Shown: piece after piece, positions 33,050 through 42,996 of the stretch
How the letters are laid out: every line of letters begins with the position of its first letter
Position numbering within the stretch: the stretch's first letter is position 1
Translations under genes and position numbers: made by a program
NCBI GenBank assembly: GCA_038143065.1
Contig: JAYQLI010000035.1
Location: 1,856,894-1,920,893, forward strand
Reading direction: 5' to 3'
Source: Rhodospirillales bacterium
GTDB taxonomy: Bacteria; Pseudomonadota; Alphaproteobacteria; Bin95
DNA: 64,000 nucleotides
The notes under the pieces: model-generated
The model's database searches: none
Seen by the model: the letters and a program-made list of their open reading frames with translations, nothing else
Told to the model about the DNA's origin: nothing

Positions 33050-33155
33050 GTCTGAAATTTTTTGCAAATGAACTCTTTGGATATCCTGAGAAGCAAATAT
33101 TTTCAGGAATTCCTATTTTTGGAAAACCCAATTCGGAGCATTATGCCCAGATAAA

Positions 33156-33232
33156 TGGTCGGAGCGGCAGGATTTGAACCCGCGGCCCTCTGCTCCCAAA
33201 GCAGATGCGCTACCAGGCTGCGCTACGCTCCG
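33156..33232 (-). tRNA. tRNA-Pro (anticodon TGG)
   Basis: Reverse complement CGGAGCGTAGCGCAGCCTGGTAGCGCATCTGCTTTGGGAGCAGAGGGCCGCGGGTTCAAATCCTGCCGCTCCGACCA folds as a 77-nt cloverleaf with CCA. Confidence 0.96.
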
Positions 33233-33262
33233 ACTGCCCCCTTCATAGAACTCCTTTACCCC

Positions 33263-34526
33263 TTAGGTCAATCGGCGTCTTAGCTCTGGATACAAGAAGT
33301 TTGCAGTTAAGTAACAAAAAAATCCGATACTCGTTACAGTAATTACAGCTATCGCCGCGTCACCCACCGTTTCTGCTATCCAGCCAACGTTTAAAATACC
33401 AATAGGCCCACAGCCAATACACATAGCCAAAACCCCCATCACCCTTACTCGCATGTTCGAGGGCGCTCGCGCTAAAATAAGACCGGACTGCATTGACCCA
33501 AAGCCAGAGAGCCCAAAACCAGCAATAAAAAGAAAACCGCCTGCCAGAAAAATTAACGTCGTTCCGCCAAGCCATCCCATAGAAGCAAATAAACCCATGG
33601 AAAAAATGTATGTACCGGCACCTATCGCAAAAATACGAGCAAGTTGAGACGGCCGCGCAAAGGCTGCGACAAGGGTGGCGCCACAAAGAGCGCCCAGACC
33701 CTCCGAGGCTGGTCAGCATCCCAGTCTGCGTGGCGCTCATCTCGAAATTCTGACGACCAATAACCGGAAGCATAGAGACACAAGCAAAACCAAAGAGGTT
33801 TAAAATTATCGTCACCACTAGCACTGCCTGTATGACTCTCTCTTGACGAATATAATGCAGGCCCGCAGCCAGGCTTTTTATTACAGGTTCTCGTCCAATA
33901 CCTTCACTTCTTATCCCTCGCTGCACCCCAATAATTAAGCACGCACCAATGAAACACACACATGCGCCGAATCCGAATGGTCCTTGAATACCTGCGAAGT
34001 CCAGGAGAGCGCCTCCGATAAACGCCCCCGAGGCACGAGTCATGCTATTAGTGGCACTTTCTAAGCCCATGGCTCTTGGTAGGCGCGCTGGTCCAGCAAT
34101 ATCTCCAACCATAGTTCGTCGCACTGGAAGCTCAAAAGACCAAAAAACACCAGAAAGAGTGACGCCTATAGCAACGTGCCAAAGCTCCAATCTTTCAATA
34201 AAGGCAAGGGCGGCTAACGAGGAATACATCGCAGTCATCGAAATCATCAAAGTGACCAAAAGGAATCGACGGTCGAAACGTTCTGCCCACGCCCCACAGA
34301 AAGCACCCAGAAGAAACATAGGAAGCATGCGGAGAAATAGCATCTGCGCTGTAATCAAGGCCGAACCCGTGATTTGGACCGTGTAGTAGCCAACTACCAG
34401 CACATCCATCCACCGCATGACGCCTACCATAGCGCCGGCAAGCCATACTCGCATAAAATCTCTATCTACGAAGAGAGATGATGGCTTTTCGAGCGGCCCA
34501 GCTTGTGCTGATATCTCTTCCTGCAA
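33263..34526 (-). CDS. MFS transporter; frameshift near 33703, start uncertain
   Basis: GAWAERFDRR, ELPVRRTMVGDI; N-terminal part in ORF 33360..34712 and C-terminal part in ORF 33263..33598 (MRVRVMGV). Confidence 0.78.
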
Positions 34527-34557
34527 TTTCTTCTTTCCCGTTTTTACGAGACAAACA

Positions 34558-35643
34558 ATGCAAATAATAGAACACGCTCGACTTCGCGATGCCATTACAG
34601 CGATTTGCGCTGCAGGTGGAAGCGAGGCCAAAGAATCACGCATAGTTGCGGATAACTTAGTAGATGCCAATATGGCTGGACACGATAGCCATGGCGTTGG
34701 GATGATTCCCACTTACATTACCAACCTTCTAAACGGTGGATTAAAGCCCAACGAGCACGCTGAAATTGTTGTTGATAATGGGGCGGTCGTAGTGATTGAT
34801 GGCCGTTCCGGTTATGGCCAGGTTATTGGGCAAGAGGCAATGGCAATTGGTATTGATCGAGCAAAGAAATTTGGTGCGGCTTGCATTGGTCTAAGAAATG
34901 CTCATCACATTGGAAGAATCGGACAATGGGGCGAACAATGCGCTGCGGCCGGTTTTGTATCGACACATCATGTAAATGTTGTCGGTCATAAAGCTTCAGT
35001 CGCTCCTTTCGGTGGCTCTGATGCGCGCTACATTACTAACCCATACTGTGCTGTCATGCCTGCTACGGATAAGAATCCACCAACGGTGCTTGATTTCGCA
35101 ACAAGCTTCGTTGCCATGGGCAAAATTCGCGTTGCCAGAAATAAGGGTGAACCCGCGCCGGAGGGGGCATTAATAGACACAACCGGACAGCCAAGTCGTG
35201 ACCCTAACATTATGTATACTGATCCTATTGGTGGTGCCCTTAACCCTTTTGGTCAGCACAAAGGTTACGGGCTAGCTCTTCTTAATGAGATATTGCCATC
35301 GGCCATGACGGGGACCGTCGGGTGTAGGCCAGAGACACGGTTTGACCCGCCAAAGACCATTAACAATATGCTTTCTATTATTATTGACCCCAGCCGTCTT
35401 GTCTCCCGTGAACGGTTTAATGAGGAAACCGATGCAGCTATTTCCAACGTTAAAGGCTCTCCAGCAGCTGACCCGTCAAAGCCGGTAGTTGTGCCAGGTG
35501 ACCCAGAACGGATCTCTTGGAAGAAAAGAGACTCGGAAGGAGTACCGGTGGACGATGAAACCTGGCGAGAAATAACAGCATCAGCCGTATCAGTTGGCAT
35601 GCGCGCCGAAGATCTTGACGTCATCGCAGGCATTAAGGCCTGA
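34558..35643 (+). CDS. Ldh_2 family (malate/lactate/ureidoglycolate; YbiC/HcxB-like) dehydrogenase, copy 1
   Basis: GHDSHGVG, HHIGRIG, TNPYC, LDFATS..AMGK, HKGYGL, VPGDPER; start at MQIIEH. Confidence 0.88.
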   Translation: MQIIEHARLRDAITAICAAGGSEAKESRIVADNLVDANMAGHDSHGVGMIPTYITNLLNGGLKPNEHAEIVVDNGAVVVIDGRSGYGQVIGQEAMAIGIDRAKKFGAACIGLRNAHHIGRIGQWGEQCAAAGFVSTHHVNVVGHKASVAPFGGSDARYITNPYCAVMPATDKNPPTVLDFATSFVAMGKIRVARNKGEPAPEGALIDTTGQPSRDPNIMYTDPIGGALNPFGQHKGYGLALLNEILPSAMTGTVGCRPETRFDPPKTINNMLSIIIDPSRLVSRERFNEETDAAISNVKGSPAADPSKPVVVPGDPERISWKKRDSEGVPVDDETWREITASAVSVGMRAEDLDVIAGIKA

Positions 35644-35657
35644 GGAGGATATATAAA

Positions 35658-36749
35658 ATGCCAACTATTCAAGCTGATAAACTCGAAGCCGTATGTCGCC
35701 TTATCACAACTGCTCGTGGATCTGCAGCAAAGGAAGCAGATCAGGTGGCACGAAATCTAGTCGTAGCAAATTTAAAAGGCCATGACAGTCACGGTGTGGG
35801 AATGTTACCTCGTTACATTAAGTCATCCTTCGTGGGAGAGCTTAATATCAATTCTCATGCGGAAATTGTCACCGATCATGGGCTAATCGTACAAATTGAT
35901 GGGAATCAAGGTTACGGCCAGGTTATTGGTGAAGAGGCTATGGAGATTGGCATTGAACGCGCCAAAGCTTTTGGACTCTGCATCCTGACAATTCGGAATT
36001 CCTATCATTTATGCCGAATAGGAGCTTGGGGCGAACAATGTGCAGAACATGGTTTAGTCTCCATGCATCATGTAAATGGTTATGGCCATCCGGGTTACGT
36101 TGCTCCATTCAGGGGTTCCGATGCGAGAATTTCAACTAACCCCTACTGCGTTGTCTTGCCAAAAACTGCAAATAACCCTCCAACTGTTCTGGACTTTGCA
36201 ACCTCTGCTGTTGCACAAGGCAAAATTAGAGTTGCCAAAAATAAGGGTGTTGAAGCGCCAGAGGGCGCTCTGATCGACAATAAGGGTCAGCCAACTCGAG
36301 ACCCAATGGTGCTGTTTCAGGAACCGATGGGCGCTCTGGCTGCTGTTGGTGGAGAAGCGGCAGGCCATAAAGGTTATGGGCTTGCTTTTATCAATGAACT
36401 TTTTGGCGGAGTTCTATCTGGTGGTCATACCTGTCGGCCAGAGACGCATCATGAACATGACGTTATCATCAACGGGATGTTATCAATCATTATTGACCCT
36501 GAGAAAATGACAGACCGTGAGAGCTTTGAGGCTGAAATTGATGCCGCAATTGCCCACGTTACCGCATCTCCAGCAGCTGACCCTGAAAAACCTGTCCTTG
36601 TCCCAGGCGACCCAGAGCGCCGGACTTTGGCTGAGAGACGTTCTGAGGGTGTGCCTATAGATGACGAAACTTGGCGTGAAATCCTTACAACCGGTCAAAG
36701 TGTGGGTATCGAGCCCGACGAACTGCGAAATCTAGCAGCTGTGAATTAA
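35658..36749 (+). CDS. Ldh_2 family (YbiC/HcxB-like) dehydrogenase, copy 2
   Basis: GHDSHGVG, YHLCRIG, STNPYC, LDFATS..AQGK, HKGYGL; strong RBS GAGGAGG. Confidence 0.9.
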   Translation: MPTIQADKLEAVCRLITTARGSAAKEADQVARNLVVANLKGHDSHGVGMLPRYIKSSFVGELNINSHAEIVTDHGLIVQIDGNQGYGQVIGEEAMEIGIERAKAFGLCILTIRNSYHLCRIGAWGEQCAEHGLVSMHHVNGYGHPGYVAPFRGSDARISTNPYCVVLPKTANNPPTVLDFATSAVAQGKIRVAKNKGVEAPEGALIDNKGQPTRDPMVLFQEPMGALAAVGGEAAGHKGYGLAFINELFGGVLSGGHTCRPETHHEHDVIINGMLSIIIDPEKMTDRESFEAEIDAAIAHVTASPAADPEKPVLVPGDPERRTLAERRSEGVPIDDETWREILTTGQSVGIEPDELRNLAAVN

Positions 36750-36830
36750 TGTATCATTGGCCCGTAAACTGCTTGTTTTGCGAAGTTTGCAAGAATTAGA
36801 CCAATCATTAAAAACTTTTGGAGAAATCAA

Positions 36831-37265
36831 ATGCCTGAATACATCCCTCCAGCAATTGATTGGGTGCGTGAGCAAGTAGAGCTCTATGAAGGAAGCGGTG
36901 GTACCGAAGGAACAACTCTCAGAGATACAGGGCTTCCATGCATTATTGTTACCCACCAAGGAGGTAAAACTGGAGGTATTCGCAAAATCCCTCTGATGCG
37001 GGTTAAAGTTGGACAAAGCTATGTGCTTGTTGGGTCTTATGGTGGCCGTCCAAAAAACCCTGTTTGGGTCTATAACCTTCGAGCCCATCAGGACGTCGAA
37101 ATCCGTGACAGAACAGAAGTTACAAAGATGCGTGTTCGCGAGGGTACAAACGAACAGGAGCGAAAATTGCTTTGGGATGCCAGCGTCGCAGCATTCCCTA
37201 GCTATGCAGACTATCAGGCTAAAACCGACCGCACTATTCCAGTTTTTCTTGCTGAGCCAGTTTAG
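36831..37265 (+). CDS. Deazaflavin (F420H2)-dependent nitroreductase/quinone reductase family (Ddn-like)
   Basis: WVREQVELYE..GG..G, KTGGIRKIPLMRV, SYGGRPKNPVWVYNLRA, YADYQAKTDRTIPVF. Confidence 0.85.
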   Translation: MPEYIPPAIDWVREQVELYEGSGGTEGTTLRDTGLPCIIVTHQGGKTGGIRKIPLMRVKVGQSYVLVGSYGGRPKNPVWVYNLRAHQDVEIRDRTEVTKMRVREGTNEQERKLLWDASVAAFPSYADYQAKTDRTIPVFLAEPV

Positions 37266-37312
37266 TTTTGAAGATCTAGCACCCTGTGCTGAAACTGCTG
37301 CGGAAAAATGCT

Positions 37313-38632
37313 TTAAGCAGCAAGTTGACGGTGCCAGTATTGAAGTCCTGCGCTGTTAGGGTGTTGTACCCCTCTTTCTGCAAGGAGGGATTCTGCGAGA
37401 TTTCGGCGGCCAGCTTTTACAGCGCTGTCGACTAAAACCTGAGTGTAGAGATCACGTTGGGCATGACTGCCCCCAACGCGCACCCATTCCTCACGACTTG
37501 CAAGCAATCCGTCACAAGCTTTTTCATAATCACCCATTGTATAAGCCGCGAAAGCATCGGCGAGGGGAATTGAGACCTCACTAGCCAAGTTGGCGGCCCA
37601 GCCCTTACCATCTGCTCTTTCTGCTAACTGTTGCCTCTGTTTTGCCAGCGCCTCAGAACGCCCAGCCTTTGCCAGCGCCGCAGACACATGGCTTTCTGTG
37701 AAGGCAAGTAATTGGTCGTCCATTGTAGCTTCTGCCTGCCCAGCAAGGACATGCCAGCGATCCCCCACGTCTACCCCCGTCATTTCTAAACGCCATAATA
37801 AGGCAGCCGCATTTTGTACGTCGATGTATGCAGTCGAAGGAGCTGGATAGACGGCACTATCGTATAACGCCAGAGTTTCATCGTATTTCCCAGAATCCCA
37901 TAGAAATAGCGCTTTATGCCACCATATGTGCCGAGCAAGTGGAGCTCGGTCATCCCAAGCATTTAGAGGGTAATTGATCCATTCAATCCCATCTTTATGA
38001 CGTCCCTGCATTTCCAGAACGTGCGCAACGGTATGGACTGCCCATAAGTCCTCTGGGCTATGTTGCAGCGCAGCCCGGCCACACATTTCAGCTTTCTCGT
38101 ACTCCCCTGCTTCCTCGTAACCAAAGCCAAGCATTCCCAAATAATGGCCATAACCAACTGCATCTTTGTTCCAAGCATGGCTAACTCTAAGAACGGAGTC
38201 TCGTAAATCCAGGCTTTTCCCTCGCCAAAATAGGGTCTGTTGGTGTAGCTGTTTTAGAACAAAAAGATCTAATGGCCACTCTGCCATGTGCTGCCCAAGC
38301 ACCGCAGATGCATGAGGAAGGTCATTCGCGCACAATGCCTTTAACCCAGCAAGCCAACCCTTGGCTCTTTGAGTCAAGCCACCAGGCTTCGCTTCCGCCT
38401 TAGCAATATGGTCTGCCACTATTGGAAGGAGGTTTCGCGACTGCGCGCCCATTAGCATATAACCCTTCAGGAGTTGCGCCATGGAGCAGTCTGGGTCTGC
38501 AGAAATTGCCGCGTCCGCATATTCGACGGCATCGAGCCTAAATTCAAAGAACCGCGCCACTGCTTTATCAAAATTGTCCACGCAAGCTGAGCTGCTGGTA
38601 TCAAGTTGATATCCGCGAACGTCTTGTAGCAT
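37313..38632 (-). CDS. Tetratricopeptide repeat protein 38 (TTC38)-like protein
   Basis: GMLGFGYEEAG, WAVHTVAHVLEMQG, HIWWHKALF, GGSHAQRDLY. Confidence 0.8.
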   Translation of the reverse strand: MLQDVRGYQLDTSSSACVDNFDKAVARFFEFRLDAVEYADAAISADPDCSMAQLLKGYMLMGAQSRNLLPIVADHIAKAEAKPGGLTQRAKGWLAGLKALCANDLPHASAVLGQHMAEWPLDLFVLKQLHQQTLFWRGKSLDLRDSVLRVSHAWNKDAVGYGHYLGMLGFGYEEAGEYEKAEMCGRAALQHSPEDLWAVHTVAHVLEMQGRHKDGIEWINYPLNAWDDRAPLARHIWWHKALFLWDSGKYDETLALYDSAVYPAPSTAYIDVQNAAALLWRLEMTGVDVGDRWHVLAGQAEATMDDQLLAFTESHVSAALAKAGRSEALAKQRQQLAERADGKGWAANLASEVSIPLADAFAAYTMGDYEKACDGLLASREEWVRVGGSHAQRDLYTQVLVDSAVKAGRRNLAESLLAERGVQHPNSAGLQYWHRQLAA

Positions 38633-38836
38633 TTGAAACTCCCGGAGAAACGTAGCCCCGAAAAACTGCAATATTTTCGCGATTAAATCTAGAAGAGAGG
38701 GGTTGTGGGGTTAATTTAGAATAATGACATTTATAGTCTGACAGGCTTAACTCACTAAGAGCGCGTTTCGTTTCGCTAAGAAGTCGCATCCTGTTAAAGT
38801 AATTTCGAAATCCCTTCCCTTTATGGAGAAAGCTCT

Positions 38837-39292
38837 ATGCCCGGTCTATACTATGAAGAATTCGAAATTGGTCAGGTTTTCAAACACGACCTAACACGAA
38901 CCGTAACAGAGATGGACAACGTCCTCTTCTGTGCACTTACCCATAATCCACAACCTCTCCATCTTGATGAAGAGTTTGGTAAAGCGTCGGAGCATGGAGG
39001 CCGATTAGTAAACTCCCTTTTTACACTGGGACTAGTCATTGGTGTTTCTGTGGGGGATACAACTCTTGGCACGACAATTGGCAATCTAGGAATGACCGAT
39101 ACGGCCTTCCGCAACCCAGTTTTTCACGGTGACACAATACGATCGGAAACAACTGTAATCGACAAAAGAGAGTCAAAATCTCGCCCAACCCAAGGCATAG
39201 TCACTTTTGAACACCGAGGCTTTAACCAACATGGAAAAGAAGTGGCCTACTGCAAAAGAATGGGCCTAATGATGAAACGTCCAACAACCTGA
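38837..39292 (+). CDS. MaoC-family dehydratase
   Basis: [30 protein letters not shown]. Confidence 0.88.
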   Translation: MPGLYYEEFEIGQVFKHDLTRTVTEMDNVLFCALTHNPQPLHLDEEFGKASEHGGRLVNSLFTLGLVIGVSVGDTTLGTTIGNLGMTDTAFRNPVFHGDTIRSETTVIDKRESKSRPTQGIVTFEHRGFNQHGKEVAYCKRMGLMMKRPTT

Positions 39293-39308
39293 ACAAAATA
39301 GGATAGAA

Positions 39309-40235
39309 ATGGTGGAAGCTATTTCCTTTAACGCTACTCGAAGCTGGACGAAGACGCTACCAAACGCGACAGTCGTTCAGGCTAGAGAGTTTGACTTCAA
39401 AGGACCATTCAATGGTCGAAGTGCAGACGCATCGGAAGACAGACCGCAGGCATTTCGGGTTGAGCAACCTCCTGGCTCAATAGTAGAGCCTCATTTCCAT
39501 GTTGCCGCAGAATTTCAGCTAATTGCTTGTGGAGGCGGCAGGCTAGGTCGGCATGAATTGAAGCCACTATCAATCCATTATTCAGGTGCATACACCCCTT
39601 ATGGTCCTATTGTAGCTGATGCGCGTGAAGGGGTGATCTATTACACACTTCGCCCACGTCACGATCCTGGTGCTTTATTTTTGCCAGATGCCAAACAAAA
39701 GTTGAAACCTTCACCAAAGCGCTTTTTCATGGCTGAACCAGAGCAAGAAAATCTAGGCTCAGCTGTATTGAGCAGGTGGGAAGCTCCTAATTTATCGTTC
39801 TTATACGGTTCAGAACTTGATGATGCAGCTGCCTGGCGCGCAACACTTGGGCCAAATCAGCGACTCACTCCACCAAAACCAAAAGGCGACGGTTATTATG
39901 TTGTTGTGACTGGTGGAAGCTGGATATTTTCTGGAGAAAAATTTCCAGAGTGGTCTCTGGCCTTTGCAGCGCAGGGCGAATCTGCTCCGGAGCTCTTGGC
40001 AGGAGAAGAAGGCCTGGATGCAGTGATCCTCCAATTTCCCGATAATACGGCTAGGGTGGAGAGGTCTATTTCTCCAGAAGATCAACACGAGTGTCCCCTC
40101 TGTGGCTACGTTTATAACCAAGCGGAGGGAGACCCCGAAGCAGGGGTAGCTAAAGGAACTGTTTTCGCTGACGTCCCAGCAGACTGGACATGCCCTAATT
40201 GCGTTGCGCCAAATTCACATTTTCAGATAATTTGA
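39309..40235 (+). CDS. Cupin-like protein fused to a C-terminal rubredoxin domain
   Basis: N-terminal [21 protein letters not shown] cupin-type His motif; C-terminal [25 protein letters not shown] rubredoxin. Confidence 0.75.
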   Translation: MVEAISFNATRSWTKTLPNATVVQAREFDFKGPFNGRSADASEDRPQAFRVEQPPGSIVEPHFHVAAEFQLIACGGGRLGRHELKPLSIHYSGAYTPYGPIVADAREGVIYYTLRPRHDPGALFLPDAKQKLKPSPKRFFMAEPEQENLGSAVLSRWEAPNLSFLYGSELDDAAAWRATLGPNQRLTPPKPKGDGYYVVVTGGSWIFSGEKFPEWSLAFAAQGESAPELLAGEEGLDAVILQFPDNTARVERSISPEDQHECPLCGYVYNQAEGDPEAGVAKGTVFADVPADWTCPNCVAPNSHFQII

Positions 40236-40353
40236 AGCCCCAAAATAAATTCAATTCATGCCGTCAATGCGGGGATCTCTGAATTCAAAGCAATGAGCTG
40301 TTCAGGGCAGCAGATAATCGAACGCCCAAGTTATCAGCACGCTTTGGTGGGAA

Positions 40354-40429
40354 TGGTGCCCCGGATAGGATTCGAACCTATGACCTACCGCTTAGGAGGC
40401 GGTCGCTCTATCCCCTGAGCTACCGAGGC
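40354..40429 (-). tRNA. tRNA-Arg (anticodon CCT)
   Basis: Reverse complement GCCTCGGTAGCTCAGGGGATAGAGCGACCGCCTCCTAAGCGGTAGGTCATAGGTTCGAATCCTATCCGGGGCACCA is a 76-nt cloverleaf. Confidence 0.96.
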
Positions 40430-40501
40430 GAAGTTCTCGGCAATGTATCAGCCAAGCCCCAAAATCCAAGTAAAAACCGCAATATTATTGATTTGCGCGC
40501 T

Positions 40502-42060
40502 TTATGGCCTCAAACCAAATCCCGTTACCCCTGGTTTCAGAGCCTTTTGAGCCAAATTTGAAAAGTCAGTAAGTAAAGGACGCGTGTCCCGTGGGTCTAT
40601 GATTTCCTCGACCCAAAACGCTTCAGCTGTTCGGAACGGTGATCGAAGCGCTTCTAGGCGCTCTTCGATTGCTGCAAGTTCAACATCGGGATCTTCTGCT
40701 GCGTCAAGTTCAGCACGATAAGCGGCTTCAATGCCACCCTCTAATGGCAAGGAACCCCACCACCCACTCGGCCATGCATAGCGTGTGCAATATCTGCCAA
40801 CGTTTACATGGGCACCACCAGCGACACCAAAAGCTGCTCGAACAACAATGGCACACCACGGAACAGTGGACTGATTTATGGCAGCCATGGCACGAACACC
40901 ATGTCGAATGGTAGCGGCCTTTTCTGCCTCTAGGCCAATATGGAACCCTGGACAATCAGCAAGGTAAACGACGGGAAGATGAAACGTCTCGGCCATATCA
41001 ACAAAACGTATTAACTTGAGGCAACTCTCAGCAGTCCAGGCGCCCCCAAGAATCATTGGATCACTGGCCAATAAAGCAACAGGCCAGCCATCTAAACGAG
41101 CGAGGCCGGTGATGATGGAGCGACCAAAGTTACTCCCCATTTCAAAAAATGAGTTTTTATCAACCACAGACTGAATGATTGGCCTCATTTTATATGCCCG
41201 ACGGCGGTTCTTTGGGATCACAGAAATCAAAGTCTCATCACGACGTTGAGGGTCGTCTTCAACCGGCCCACGTGATGCTAATTCATCCACCGAACTTGGC
41301 AGGTATGAGAGAAAACGGCGCGCACGCTCAAAGGCCTCCTCTTCAGTATCAACAGCATCGTCGACCCCACCAGCGCGTGTCTGAATTTTCCATCCCCCGA
41401 GTTCTTGTTTTGTTAAATCCTGGCCTATGCCCTTTACGACGGGTGGACCAGCGACAAACATCGCGGAGGTTTCTTTAGTCATGACAGAATAGTGACTGGC
41501 AGCGAGTCGCGCAGCGCCCAACCCCGCAACTGAACCCAATCCCAAGCTAACTACTGGGACGTTGGATAGATTTCTAGCCATTAAATCAAAACGACTGGAT
41601 GTTCCCTGTCCTCCTGGCAGATTGGCTCGACCAGTAGTTTCAATGGTGCGAACGGATCCACCGCCTCCTGAGCCCTCGATAATTCTTACAATTGGGATAC
41701 GCTGCTCAAAGGCCATCATTTCAGCCAACTGCGGCTTTTCCTTGATGGTCGCATCAGCAGATCCACCACGAACGGTAAAATCATCACCGCAAACGACAAT
41801 TGGGCGCCCATCCGCTGTCGCACGACCCATCACACAATTTGCGGGAAGAAAATCCTTCAAATTGTGCTGGCTATCGTACTCTGCCTTACCAGCAATCGCG
41901 CCAATTTCGTGAAATGAACCTTTATCTGCGAGGCCATCTATCCTCTCTCTAACAGTCAGACGCCCTCCATCATGTTGTCTTTTGACTTTATCAACGCCCC
42001 CATAGCCCGCGCCATGGCTTCACGTTTTCGCAACTCTTTTAGTTCTGACTCCCAGGACAT
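40502..42060 (-). CDS. Acyl-CoA carboxylase beta subunit / carboxyltransferase, copy 2; frameshift near 41999
   Basis: ATG 42060 (MSWESELKELRKRE..); one added G in a G5 run joins GRLTVRERID and ORF 40502..41860 (DDFTVRGGSADA, DCPGF, EEIIDPRDTR). Confidence 0.88.
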
Positions 42061-42131
42061 GACCGTCTTCCTCTTACAGCTAAGCCGAAATTTTAATTTG
42101 AAACGTTAAATTTGCATGAAGATGCAAGGTA

Positions 42132-42857
42132 TTACTCATGTCGAAAACTTCGCCAATTAGCGATTGGTTCATAAACATTCCAATCCGTATTTTTTGCCAA
42201 AGGCAAACCATAGCTGTGCCATTGCGCCAGTTCTGCCTTAGCCTCTGGCCGCATCGTTTCCGGATCCCCCAATGTCTGAAGGCAATGAGGGCCCTCCCAC
42301 TCATAAAGAGCTAAATATTTTGGCCCCATTTTCTTCTGACCTAAGCGAGGGTCATTCTTAATTCGAAAGCGTGCGCCAGAGAGATAACCAGGAATCTTAA
42401 CTAAATTTGGTACATGGGAATGATCATACCAAGCATTCCATTCGGCCTCTTTAGACGGATCGGCGACGTCCGCCATAACAACACTTAAATGGTAATCATC
42501 TTTCAAAAACGGATTGCAGAGATGACTGCCACTTATTTGTTCGTAGACATTTGAAAGAACTTCCGTCTTCCCGGGTATATTGTCAAAAAGCGTTCGCTCC
42601 GCGATAGCTCGAGGGTCCTTATCAGCGTTGTCCGGAGCCATTACCCGGGCAATAGCGTCCATATTTTCAATGGCATACAAAGCCAACCATTTGGTCTCGC
42701 CTTTTACGCCCTTATATCTTCGCCCCCAGTGCCATCCTGGAATTTCAAGTAATTTAGGCACATGGTGGTAGTACCAACTTTGGAATGCATCCTCATGATC
42801 TGGCTCTATATTCATCCGCACTAGAAGAAGTAAGGGACTCTGAGACGCATCTAGCAT
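42132..42857 (-). CDS. Tandem DUF4286/EthD-like (dimeric alpha-beta barrel) protein
   Basis: Two internal repeats of WY..HVP.L..IPG...RY/RF...KW/YLALY. Confidence 0.7.
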   Translation of the reverse strand: MLDASQSPLLLLVRMNIEPDHEDAFQSWYYHHVPKLLEIPGWHWGRRYKGVKGETKWLALYAIENMDAIARVMAPDNADKDPRAIAERTLFDNIPGKTEVLSNVYEQISGSHLCNPFLKDDYHLSVVMADVADPSKEAEWNAWYDHSHVPNLVKIPGYLSGARFRIKNDPRLGQKKMGPKYLALYEWEGPHCLQTLGDPETMRPEAKAELAQWHSYGLPLAKNTDWNVYEPIANWRSFRHE

Positions 42858-42996
42858 TTGATCTCCTCAACCACTTTCATTCGAGCTACAGCCGTTCTTA
42901 ATGGGAGCCCGATTGCCTTAATTTACTTATCATTTTTTCTTGAAAAGGAGTTTGGGGCAGCACTAAGACGATAGTAAAGCGTCGACTTGAACTTCA

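Noticed and set aside
32123-33118. Shared 11-mer AATTCCTATTT at 32123 and 33108 as possible att sites around the lipoprotein gene
   Set aside because: Short, AT-rich and unrelated to the tRNA 3' end; chance cannot be excluded
34417-34712. Apparent 300-bp antisense overlap between the MFS and the first Ldh_2 ORF
   Set aside because: It arises from longest-ORF start calls; plausible starts (34526 or later on minus, 34558 on plus) do not overlap
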